From: Eledone cirrhosa
Taxonomy: Eukaryota
Direction: 5' to 3'
Length of the DNA: 64,000 nt
Assembly (NCBI GenBank): GCA_964016885.1
Contig: OZ024766.1
Span: forward strand, 10,168,001 to 10,232,000
Position 1 is the stretch's first letter. Each line of letters begins with the position of its first letter. The position numbers and the translations under genes are program-made. Shown here piece after piece: positions 51,782 to 64,000 of this stretch. The notes under the pieces were generated by a model. It was not told the DNA's origin, made no database searches, and saw only the letters and a list, made by a program, of their open reading frames with translations.

Positions 51782-52343
51782 TCATCATCATCATCATCAT
51801 CATCATCGTTTAACGTCCGTGTTCCACGCTTGCATGGGTTTGGACGGGGGTAGTCCCACTTGAGGCAAGAGTGATTGTCTTGCTCGCATAGGACTGTCTG
51901 GCAGGTTTTCTACAGTTGGATGCCCTTCCTAACACCAACCACATTTACAGTGTGGGGCTGGGAGGTTTTTACCGTGTTGCCTACACGGCCACATTACAGC
52001 GTGGACTGTCTGGCGGGTTTTCTACAGCTGGATGCCCTTCCTAACACCAACCACATTTACAGTGTGGGTCTGGGAGGTTTTTACCGTGTTGCCTACACGG
52101 CCACATTACAGCGTGGACTGTGTGTTTTTTTGTCGTGACACCTACACGATCTCATTTGTTTCAGCCTGGACGGTGTGGCACCAACATAACTTTACATAGA
52201 AGGGGGCGGTGTGGATGGGGTGGGGGTGGTGGGACGGGGGGTGTATTTTGATAGAGATGCCTACTGACTGTAGTAGGTTTTACTTTGTATTTAGGTAAGG
52301 CGGGTCTTCTCTATTACTGAGTACCGCCAAAGGTCTCGGTCCA

Positions 52344-52393
<50 letters not shown>

Positions 52394-52913
52394 ATATTTG
52401 GGGAGGGTCATATTTGCGTAATATTGCCAGAATTAATAACAGAACACACTCACTGTTTGGTTGGTTTTCGCTTCTCGCTGTCTTTTATATCTGCGGTCTA
52501 ACTTACTCGGTCCTCAATGTTGCCATTGACTGACCGACGGTCAAAAATAATACAGATACAATATAGACACAAACACATATATATAGTTTACATAATTTAC
52601 ATAAATCTTTCGTTGCACATCTGCAACATCGTCAGTGGTGTTATATTCATTGTTCCTCCTGTTGTGTTGTATGTCTACGCCATTTTTTATGTATTTATTT
52701 TTGACCGTCGGTCAGTCAATGGCAACATTGAGGACCGAGTAAGTTAGACCGCAGATATAAAAGACAGCGAGAAGCGAAAACCAACCAAACAGTGAGTGTG
52801 TTCTGTTATTAATTCTGGCAATATTACGCAAATATGGCCCTCCCCAAGTATAACAATATCTGTTTCGACACACGATTTCATATAAAAAACCTCGCAAAAC
52901 TAATTCATCGCCG

Positions 52914-52955
<42 letters not shown>

Positions 52956-53143
52956 GAGTTGGGACCACAATGGCTGAGCTCTTGCCATATCAACAGCTAG
53001 TTCCGAACTGTTCGGGAACTAGCTGTTGATACAGCAACAGCTCAAGATCAGCCATTTTGGGGTCTTGACTTTTTACATATTACCAAACTGATCAGGAGGT
53101 CTACATTTCATTTCAAACTTACAATATATTTTCCTTTGACCAG

Positions 53144-53263
53144 TGTGTGAAGATAATCCCTGGACCCAGATCTCCGGACCCTAATATACCTGAATGGGAT
53201 TGGGAAGATGTGGATCAACCCGTCTCCTCGGTCGTGTCCATACCACCTATAAATTTTCCGAAG
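53144..53263 (+). CDS. PPIP5K: PPIP5K C-terminal region exon (CVKIIPGPRSPDPNIPEWDWEDVDQPVSSVVSIPPINFPK)
   Basis: ttttcctttgaccag| acceptor and AAG|gtaagc donor. 120 bp, open in phase 0, non-repetitive. Confidence 0.75.
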
Positions 53264-53420
53264 GTAAGCCATATTAAAAGCACCCCAATCATCACACAGC
53301 AAACACCCTCCTCACGATGGTGGGTTTTTTGTTTTTTTTTAGGATTTGCCTTTTTCATATTTAACATTGAGATTCACTCTTACCATCCTGCTATATATAA
53401 AAATGAAGGTTTGTTTCTTC

Positions 53421-55364
53421 AAATGTTTATAGTATCTTTACTGGTGGACAGATTGTTGTGAATATTTACAGTATTACAGTAAAGACTTTAATATTTAATG
53501 TGATGTAGTCATAGTGTTGTTTTGTACTAAATGTTTATAGTATCTTTACTGGTGGACAGATTGTTGTGAAAATTTACAGTATTACAGTAAAGACTTTAAC
53601 ATTTAATGTGATGTAGTCATAGTGTTGTTTTGTACTAAATGTTTATAGTATCTTTGCTGGTAGACAGATTGTTGTGAAAATTTACAGTATTACAGTAAAG
53701 ACTTTAATATTTAATGTGATGTAGTCATAGTGTTGTTTTGTACTAAATGTTTATAGTATCTTTACTGGTGGACAGATTGTTGTGAAAATTTACAGTATTA
53801 CAGTAAAGACTTTAATATTTAATGTGATGTAGTCATAGTGTTGTTTTGTACTTAATGTTTATAGTATCTTTACTGGTGGACAGATCGTTGTGAAAATTTA
53901 CAGTATTACAGTAAAGACTTTAATATTTAATGGGATGTAGTCATAGTGTTGTTTTGTACTAAATGTTTATAGTATCTTTACTTGTGGACAGATTGTTGTG
54001 AATATTTACAGTATTACAGTAAAGCCTTTAATATTTAATGTGATGTAGTCATAGTGTTGTTTTGTACTTAATGTTTATAGTATCTTTACTGGTGGACAGA
54101 TTGTTGTGAAAATTTACAGTATTACAGTAAAGACTTTAATATTTAATGGGATGTAGTCATAGTGTTGTTTTGTACTAAATGTTTATAGTATCTTTACTTG
54201 TGGACAGATTGTTGTGAATATTTACACTATTACAGTAAAGACTTTAATATTTAATGTGATGTAGTCATAGTGTTGTTTTGTACTAAATGTTTATAGTATC
54301 TTTACTGGTGGACAGATTGTTGTGAATATTTACACTATTACAGTAAAGACTTTAATATTTAATGGGATGTAGTCATAGTGTTGTTTTGTACTAAATGTTT
54401 ATAGTATCTTTACTAGTGGACAGATTGTTGTGAATATTTACACTATTACAGTAAAGACTTTAATATTTAATGTGATGTAGTCATAGTGTTGTTTTGTACT
54501 AAATGTTTATAGTATCTTTACTGGTGGACAGATTGTTGTGAATATTTACAGTATTACAGTAAAGACTTTAATATTTAATGGGATGTAGTCATAGTGTTGT
54601 TTTGTACTTAATGTTTATAGTATCTTTACTGGTGGACAGATTGTTGTGAATATTTACAGTATTACAGTAAAGACTTTAATATTTAATGGGATGTAGTCAT
54701 AGTGTTGTTTTGTACTAAATGTTTATAGTATCTTTACTAGTGGACAGATTGTTGTGAATATTTACACTATTACAGTAAAGACTTTAATATTTAATGGGAT
54801 GTAGTCATAGTGTTGTTTTGTACTAAATGTTTATAGTATCTTTACTAGTGGACAGATTGTTGTGAATATTTACACTATTACAGTAAAGACTTTAATATTT
54901 AATGTGATGTAGTCATAGTGTTGTTTTGTACTAAATGTTTATAGTATCTTTACTGGTGGACAGATTGTTGTGAATATTTACAGTATTACAGTAAAGACTT
55001 TAATATTTAATGGGATGTAGTCATAGTGTTGTTTTGTACTTAATGTTTATAGTATCTTTACTGGTGGACAGATTGTTGTGAATATTTACAGTATTACAGT
55101 AAAGACTTTAATATCTAATGTGATGTAGTCATAGTGTTGTTTTGTACTAAATGTTTATAGTATCTTTACTGGTGGACAGATTGTTGTGAAAATTTACAGT
55201 ATTACAGTAAAGACTTTAATATTTAATGTGATGTAGTCATAGTGTTGTTTTGTACTAAATGTTTATAGTATCTTTACTGGTGGACAGATTGTTGTGAAAA
55301 TTTACAGTATTACAGTAAAGACTTTAATATCTAATGTGATGTAGTCATAGTGTTGTTTTGTACT
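53421..55364. repeat. 108-bp satellite, 18 copies, filling most of one intron
   Basis: aaatgtttatagtatctttactggtggacag...gttttgtact. Confidence 0.97.
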
Positions 55365-55429
55365 TTTCAAAAATGTTTTGTTAAGGTGGTTTATTTATAT
55401 TTTCTTACCATTTTCTTCTTTGTATCCAG

Positions 55430-55532
55430 GTAGAAAGGAGAAGATCACTGTCTCTTGCAGAAACCTACAGCCCCAGCACTCCGTCTAACCCTATCGATAT
55501 ACAGAGCCAGACCACCAAAGATGACACAGATG
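55430..55532 (+). CDS. PPIP5K: PPIP5K C-terminal region exon (VERRRSLSLAETYSPSTPSNPIDIQSQTTKDDTD)
   Basis: Strong pyrimidine tract with tccag| acceptor, G|gtaaga donor, open, phase 0 to 1. Contains an RRRS phosphosite-like motif. Confidence 0.75.
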
Positions 55533-55759
55533 GTAAGATATATGTATATATACATGATAAGGCACATGGCTTAATGGTTAGAGCATCGGCCTTAGAATCG
55601 TGAGGTTGTGAGTTCAATTCTTGGACTGGGTGATGCGTTGTGTCCTTGAGCAAGACACTTTATTTCACCTTGCTCCAGTTTACTCAGCTGTAGAAATGAG
55701 TTGTGATATCACTGGTGCCAAGTTGTATTGGCCTTTGCCTTTCCCTTGGACAACATTAT

Positions 55760-57605
55760 ATATAGTGTATATATAGAATATAGAGTGTATTTATAGTGTA
55801 TATATAGAATATAGAGTGTATTTATAGTGTATATATAGAATATAGAGTGTATTTATAGTGTATATATAGAATATAGAGTGTATTTATAGTGTATATATAG
55901 AATATAGAGTGTATTTATAGTGTATATATAGAATATAGAGTGTATTTATAGTGTATATATAGAATATAGAGTGTATTTATAGTGTATATATAGAATATAG
56001 AGTGTATTTATAGTGTATATATAGAATATAGAGTGTATTTATAGTGTATATATAGAATATAGAGTGTATTTATAGTGTATATATAGAATATAGAGTGTAT
56101 TTATAGTGTATATATAGAATATAGAGTGTATTTATAGTGTATATATAGAATATAGAGTGTATTTATAGTGTATATATAGAATATAGAGTGTATTTATAGT
56201 GTATATATAGAATATAGAGTGTATTTATAGTGTATATATAGAATATAGAGTGTATTTATAGTGTATATATAGAATATAGAGTGTATTTATAGTGTATATA
56301 TAGAATATAGAGTGTATTTATAGTGTATATATAGAATATAGAGTGTATTTATAGTGTATATATAGAATATAGAGTGTATTTATAGTGTATATATAGAATA
56401 TAGAGTGTATTTATAGTGTATATATAGAATATAGAGTGTATTTATAGTGTATATATAGAATATAGAGTGTATTTATAGTGTATATATAGAATATAGAGTG
56501 TATTTATAGTGTATATATAGAATATAGAGTGTATTTATAGTGTATATATAGAATATAGAGTGTATTTATCGTGTATATATAGAATATAGAGTGTATTTAT
56601 AGTGTATATATAGAATATAGAGTGTATTTATCGTGTATATATAGAATATAGAGTGTATTTATAGTGTATATATAGAATATAGAGTGTATTTATAGTGTAT
56701 ATATAGAATATAGAGTGTATTTATAGTGTATATATAGAATATAGAGTGTATTTATAGTGTATATATAGAATATAGAGTGTATTTATAGTGTATATATAGA
56801 ATATAGAGTGTATTTATAGTGTATATATAGAATATAGAGTGTATTTATAGTGTATATATAGAATATAGAGTGTATTTATAGTGTATATATAGAATATAGA
56901 GTGTATTTATAGTGTATATATAGAATATAGAGTGTATTTATAGTGTATATATAGAATATAGAGTGTATTTATAGTGTATATATAGAATATAGAGTGTATT
57001 TATCGTGTATATATAGAATATAGAGTGTATTTATCGTGTATATATAGAATATAGAGTGTATTTATAGTGTATATATAGAATATAGAGTGTATTTATAGTG
57101 TATATATAGAATATAGAGTGTATTTATAGTGTATATATAGAATATAGAGTGTATTTATAGTGTATATATAGAATATAGAGTGTATTTATAGTGTATATAT
57201 AGAATATAGAGTGTATTTATAGTGTATATATAGAATATAGAGTGTATTTATAGTGTATATATAGAATATAGAGTGTATTTATAGTGTATATATAGAATAT
57301 AGAGTGTATTTATAGTGTATATATAGAATATAGAGTGTATTTATAGTGTATATATAGAATATAGAGTGTATTTATAGTGTATATATAGAATATAGAGTGT
57401 ATTTATAGTGTATATATAGAATATAGAGTGTATTTATAGTGTATATATAGAATATAGAGTGTATTTATAGTGTATATATAGAATATAGAGTGTATTTATC
57501 GTGTATATATAGAATATAGAGTGTATTTATAGTGTATATATAGAATATAGAGTGTATTTATAGTGTATATATAGAATATAGAGTGTATTTATAGTGTATA
57601 TATAG
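55760..57605. repeat. 31-bp minisatellite, about 59 near-identical copies
   Basis: tatagtgtatatatagaatatagagtgtatt. Confidence 0.97.
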
Positions 57606-57639
57606 AGCAGAAAGTGTATATAGTATTTGGAGTATATAT

Positions 57640-58135
57640 CTCTAGGGCGGATAAAATTCCCGAGATCCATGGACGAGTTCTCTCCAGCGGTCTCTGTCCC
57701 TCATTATCGCTGCCATGTCCTGCGTCTCCAACAGACCAGTGTCTGTCCTTAGGGCATCAACATATGTCAACCTCGGTCTTCCTCTTCCAGTGTGTCCATG
57801 CAGGGGCTCCCACAGGAGCACTGAGTGCAGTGTCAACTCTGGATGTCGGTGAGCATGTCCAGCTAACCTCAGTCTCCTCTGTGCTGCCCTCGAGCTGACT
57901 TTTGGTAGGCTCCCGTACAGCTCTGAGTTCTTCATCCTCGGTGTATACTGATTAATGTTCAGAGCCATCCTCAGCATTTTCATGTAGCACCCATCCACCA
58001 TCTGAGTGAGTTTCTTGGTCAGTGTCCAAGTCTCAGACCCGTACAGCAGCACAGACTCCACTACAGCAACGAAGAGACGGATCTTCAGGTCTTTACGTAG
58101 GTCCGACTTCCACACCGATCTCAAACTGTGGCAGC
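57640..58135 (-). mobile_element. RTE/RTE-X-like LINE 3' fragment (also 23700-23938)
   Basis: ESVLLYGSETW...MLRMALNI...RRLRLAGH...GRPRLTYVD. Confidence 0.85.
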
Positions 58136-58264
58136 ATATATATATAGAGCAAATAATGTATATATAGTGTATGTTGTGACATCACTGGTGCCCAGCTATA
58201 TTACCCTTTGTCTTTCCCTTGGACAACAACATATATAGTGTATATATAGAGTATATAGTCCACA

Positions 58265-59420
58265 CTGTAATGCAAAGTATGGGTACATAAAAGATGTAGT
58301 GGGATCACAGGTAAACTTTCTAAAAACGTAGACTTTATATGTGGCCGATGCTCAGGTGCGATAAGTAGCAAGTGCCCACAGGATACTAGCCCCTTCTATT
58401 GCCCAGATGGTTCTATAGAAATAGTAGACAGCTTCCGTTACCTGGGTGACAGAATCAGCAGTGGTGGAGAGTGCTCTGAAAGTACAGTAGCCAGAGTCAG
58501 AACGGGATAGAAAAAGTTCAGAGAGCTTATACCGCTGTTGGCCACAAAGGGTTTCTCTCTAAAAATGAAAGGCAGATTGTATGATGCCTGTATACGAACA
58601 GCAATGCTACATGGCAGTGAGATATGGGCATTGCGTGCAGAGGACCTGCGTAGAGTGGAAAGGAACAAAGCATGCATGCTCCGTTGGATGTGTAATAGTA
58701 ACATATGTGAGCGGCAAAGCATAAATGAACTAAGTGAGAAATTAGGAATAAGAGGGATCAGATGCTGTTTACTCGAGAGAAGACTACATTGGTATGACCA
58801 CGTGATGCGCATGAAAGACGACAGCTGTATAAAAAAGTGCAGGGCAATCAAAATTGATGGTAGTTACGTAGTAGGTAGACCCAGAAAAACCTGGGACGGT
58901 CTGATAAATTCCAACCTTACACACTTGTACCTCTCTAAGACAATGTCACGGGACCGAGATCTTTGGCGCTACGCAGTAATACAGAAGACCCGCCTTGCCT
59001 AAGTACAAAGCGAAACCTAGTCAGTAGGCACCTGTTAACCAAATATACACCCCAATCCACTACCCCTACCCTATCCTCCCACTCCCACCAACACCGGCCC
59101 CTCTCTATAAAGTTGGTACCACAACATCCAGTCCAAATAAATGAGATAATGAGATCGAGATCGTGTAGGTGTCACGAGAAAAAAAACACACAGTCCACGC
59201 TGTAATGTGGCCGTGTAGGTAACACGGTAAAAAGTTCCCAGTTCCACACTGTAAACGTGGTTGGTGTTAGGAAGGGCATCCAGTCGTAGAAAACCTGCCA
59301 GACAGTCCTATATGAGCGAGACATGGTCACCCGACCAGCCTTGCCTCAAGTGGGACAACTCCCGTCTAACCCATGCTAGCGTGGAAATTGGACGTTAAAC
59401 GAGGATGATGATGATGATGA
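58265..59420 (+). mobile_element. RTE-type LINE 3' portion with ~400-bp 3'UTR (shorter copies at 17565, 38245, 42215, 47185, 59660 on +; 34895, 37650, 45910, 51780 on -)
   Basis: KGRLYDACIRTAMLHGSEIW...RRLHWYDHV...GRPRKTW and a (GAT)n tail; contains stop codons. Confidence 0.88.
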
Positions 59421-59627
59421 TGGTCTTATTTTAATGTACCATGGATTACGTTACTGATTACATAAGACAGTGTAACACAGTCTTCGTTCAATTTCTATGT
59501 ATTATATATTGTCAATTACGATTTTATTTGATGTATCATATCTACATGTATATATACCTGCGTATAATATCAATATACACACTACACATGCTAGCAGAAA
59601 ACCGATCAGAGGATGGTCTTTCTGCTA

Positions 59628-59662
<35 letters not shown>

Positions 59663-60528
59663 GTATGGACACGTGATGCGCATGAAAGTCGATAGCTGTA
59701 TAACAAAGTGCAGGGCAATAAAGATAGACGGTAGTCACGGAATAGGCAGACCTAGAAAAACCTGGGACGAGCTGATAAACTCCGACATCACACACTTACA
59801 CCTCTCCAAGACAATGTCACTGGACCGAGACCTTTGGCGGTACTCAGTAACAGAGAAGACCCGCCTTACCTAAATATATAGTAAAACCTACTCCAGCCAG
59901 TAGGCATCTCTAACAAAATACACCCCGTCCCACCACCCCCACCCCCACCCGATCCACACCACCCCGTTCTATGTAAAGTTATGTTGGTGCCGCGCCTTCG
60001 AGGCCGAAACAAATGAGATCGTGTAGGTGTCACGACAAAAAAACACACAGTCCACGCTGTAATGTGGCCGTGTAGGCAACACGGTAAAAACCTCCCAGAC
60101 CCACACTGTAAATGTGGTTGGTGTTAGGAAGGGCATCCAACTGTAGAAAACCTGCCAGACAGTCCTATGCGAGCAAGACAATCACTCTTGCCTCAAGTGG
60201 GACTACCCCCGTCCAAACCCATGCAAGCGTGGAACACGGACGTTAAACGTTGATGATGATGATGATGATGATGATATATGTGTGAAGAGGTTATATTTAA
60301 TTTGTTGGGATATAACAAGAAAAATATTTTTATAACTGATATAAAGCACTCAACAGTTTATTGGAGTAAATATACAATATATTAACAAATGGAAACTATA
60401 TTTATAAAACCATATTTATTTCATTATACATATTTCAAGGGCCACCAAGGTAAACTATGGTGCGCTTTCATCAGATAAAATATAATATAGGTTAGTTTTA
60501 TAAATAAATATTGACATACCTATATTAT

Positions 60529-60592
60529 ATTTTATCTGATGAAAGCGCACCATAGTTTACCTTGGTGGCCCATGAAATATGTATAATGAAAT
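60529..60592 (+). ncRNA. type I hammerhead ribozyme, family B2 (mirror copy on - strand 60418-60481)
   Basis: attttat-CTGATGA-aagcgcacca..tggtggcccat-GAAA-tatgta-TA-atgaaat. Confidence 0.75.
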
Positions 60593-60613
60593 AAATATGG
60601 TTTCCATTTGTTA

Positions 60614-60662
<49 letters not shown>

Positions 60663-60803
60663 GTATATATATATATGTATGTATGTATATATATATATGT
60701 ATGTATGTATATATATATATGTATGTATGTATATATATATATGTATGTATGTATGTATATATATATATGTATGTATATATATATGTATGTATATATATAT
60801 ATG

Positions 60804-60846
<43 letters not shown>

Positions 60847-60959
60847 ATATATATGTATGTATGTATATATATATGTATGTATGTATATATATATATATGT
60901 ATGTATATATATATGTATGTATGTATATATATATATATGTATGTATGTATATATATATG

Positions 60960-61083
<124 letters not shown>

Positions 61084-61107
61084 TATATATATATATATAT
61101 ATATGCA

Positions 61108-61157
<50 letters not shown>

Positions 61158-61183
61158 CATATATATATGTATATATATATATG

Positions 61184-61235
<52 letters not shown>

Positions 61236-61258
61236 TATATATATATATATATATATGC

Positions 61259-61335
<77 letters not shown>

Positions 61336-61393
61336 CATACATATATATATATACATATATATATGTATATATATATATGTATATATATATATG

Positions 61394-61447
<54 letters not shown>

Positions 61448-61478
61448 GAGTATTTACATGTACCACCCACCTTTACAG

Positions 61479-61496
61479 GGACTCGCAAGAAGAAAG
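61479..61496 (+). CDS. PPIP5K: candidate 18-nt microexon copy 1 (G-T-R-K-K-K)
   Basis: tttacag|GGACTCGCAAGAAGAAAG|gtaaat, phase 1 to 1, matching the preceding exon. Confidence 0.55.
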
Positions 61497-61562
61497 GTAA
61501 ATATGTAATTGTTTTGTTAGTGTAACGAGCTCTTAATTAATTAATTAATTAATTGGCCCCAC

Positions 61563-61597
<35 letters not shown>

Positions 61598-61628
61598 GAG
61601 TATTTACATGTACCACCCACCTTTACAG

Positions 61629-61646
61629 GGACTCGCAAGAAGAAAG
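61629..61646 (+). CDS. PPIP5K: candidate 18-nt microexon copy 2 (identical tandem duplicate)
   Basis: Identical exon and about 120 bp of context repeated 150 bp downstream of copy 1. Confidence 0.45.
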
Positions 61647-61756
61647 GTAAATATGTAATTGTTTTGTTAGTGTAACGAGCTCTTAATTAATTAATTAATT
61701 AATTGGCCCCACCCACCCTCTACCTGTGACACACCTTTTGCCATCATCCCTTCACC

Positions 61757-61789
<33 letters not shown>

Positions 61790-62190
61790 TATCACTATCT
61801 TTGTCAACAACGTCATCACCATCATCATTATCGTCTTCTTCATCATCATCATCACCACCATCACCACCACCATCAACACCATCACCACAACCATTATCAT
61901 AACCATCACCACCACCATCATCATCACCACCACCACCATCATCACCACCACCACCATTATCATCACCATCACCACCACCATCACCATCACCACAACAGCC
62001 CCCACCCTCATCAAAAGCACCACCATTATCCCCACCTCCATATCTATGCTAGAACACTTAAGCCCTTTGCTACCACCCTGCCAGCCGACCCTTCAAAAAA
62101 CCAAGCTCAGCTTTCATGAAACAAAACCTCCCAAAGCAATGGTATAGAACAGACACACACATATATAAGCAGATATATATATATATATAA

Positions 62191-62240
<50 letters not shown>

Positions 62241-62664
62241 CGAAGGAAATGTGGTAAGGAACCAGGTGGACCATAACGCACCAAAGTACTCAATACTTAG
62301 GGTAGTAGAGTGGGTATTTTTAAGTTTCTCTTTAAGGAGTGGCACCCTATTCTGAACTTGTTTATAGAATTCTTTCTGCCTTTGTTACTCTAAATATAAA
62401 TTATAGCTTTGAAGAATTAGCTTTTAATGAATTCCCTTTTCTATCAACCAATGACCTCCACCCATCCCACTTCCCACCCTCTCCTACCACCTGAAGAGAC
62501 CTATAAATACCATATTTATTTTTTGATACCCAGATTCCTGATGATTTCTAAAAAATGAGACAGTTCTAGTCCTGTAGAATCTCATCTATATTAAAACTTT
62601 TATACTCTGCAATGTATTGAGTACCTTACTTACTGTGGTTACCTCCGATTCAACCCGGAATTAC

Positions 62665-62734
<70 letters not shown>

Positions 62735-63662
62735 TGTTGTTTCCTTGAGCAAGATACTTTATTTCACATTGCTCCAGTTTACTCAGCTGTAGAAATGAGA
62801 TGATAGGGACTGGGGTCCCTATCATTCCACTGTAAAGTGGCCGTGGAGGTGCCACAGCAAAAAAGCACCCAGCACTCACTGTAAATGAGGTTGGTGTTAG
62901 GAAGGGCATCCAGCTGTAGAAATCAAGCCAGAATCAGTTCCCGTCCCACCCTTGCAAGCAGGGAAAAGTGGATGTAAAAGAAAAAAAAAAAAAAAACCAC
63001 ACTGGCTTAGTGGTTAGAGCATTGGCCTTGCAATCGAAAGGTCGTGAGCTCAATTCTCAGACCGGGTAATGTGTTGTTTCCTTGAGCAAGACACTTTATT
63101 TCACATTGCTCCAGTGTTCTCAGCTGTAGAAATGAGATGATAGGGACTGGGGTCCCTATCATTCCACTGCAAAGTGGTCGTGCAGATGCGCCACGGCAAA
63201 AAAGCACCCAGCACTCACTGTAAATGAGGTTGGTGTTAGGAAGGGCTTCCAGCTGTAGAAATGAGATGATAGGGACTGGGGTCCCTATCATTCCACTGCA
63301 AAGTGAAATGATAGTACCCAGCACTCACTGTAAATGAGGTTGGTGTTAGGAAGGGCATCCAGCTGTAGAAATCAAGCCAGAATCAGTTCCCGTCCCACCC
63401 TTGCAAGCAGGGAAAAGCGGATGTAAAATGATGATGATGATATATATATATAAATAATTAGAATGGGAACAACACAAAATATAACTAATCCATTACCAAA
63501 GGTTTCTGGATCTCAGACAATATACATACATGTAACAGCTGTATCTGTCATCTTTAACCCCCCCCCCCCCCACCGAATTGCCTTTGCCCCCACTGTGTAA
63601 CATGCTGCTGCTACTGCTACTACTACTACTATTGTTACTACACTACATCTCATATACTAAAC

Positions 63663-63839
<177 letters not shown>

Positions 63840-63845
63840 AAATAC

Positions 63846-63894
<49 letters not shown>

Positions 63895-63895
63895 C

Positions 63896-63963
<68 letters not shown>

Positions 63964-64000
63964 ATAAACATATATATATATATATATATATATATAAGTT

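Noticed and set aside
62531-62582. Intact family A hammerhead
   Set aside because: The core GAAA is mutated to GAGA and stem II is disrupted, so it is counted as decayed.
63488-63523. Minus-strand hammerhead-like CTGAGA..GAAA
   Set aside because: The core lacks one nucleotide and the stems are too weak to call.

Overview
Eukaryotic, AT-rich, (TA)n-microsatellite-dense genomic DNA. The SINE/LINE repertoire suggests an octopod cephalopod (inference). The whole window lies inside one + strand gene, a PPIP5K/VIP1 (inositol hexakisphosphate and diphosphoinositol-pentakisphosphate kinase) orthologue. Thirteen phase-compatible GT-AG exons (9670-55532) encode the histidine acid phosphatase domain and a disordered C-terminal region. 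There are also a candidate 15-nt microexon and a tandemly duplicated 18-nt microexon. The introns contain tRNA-derived SINEs, RTE-type LINE fragments, two Tc1/mariner relics (DD34D and DD37D), a nested hAT-like element, helentron-like elements and several TE-derived satellite arrays. The most striking signal is about 20-25 type I hammerhead ribozyme motifs (CUGANGA-stem II-GAAA-stem III-NUH) from roughly ten unrelated sequence families. Most sit in foldback (palindromic) Penelope-like pseudo-LTR elements inserted into (TA)n, and several families share a covarying terminal hairpin. Nearly all other ORFs in the supplied track are microsatellite artefacts.
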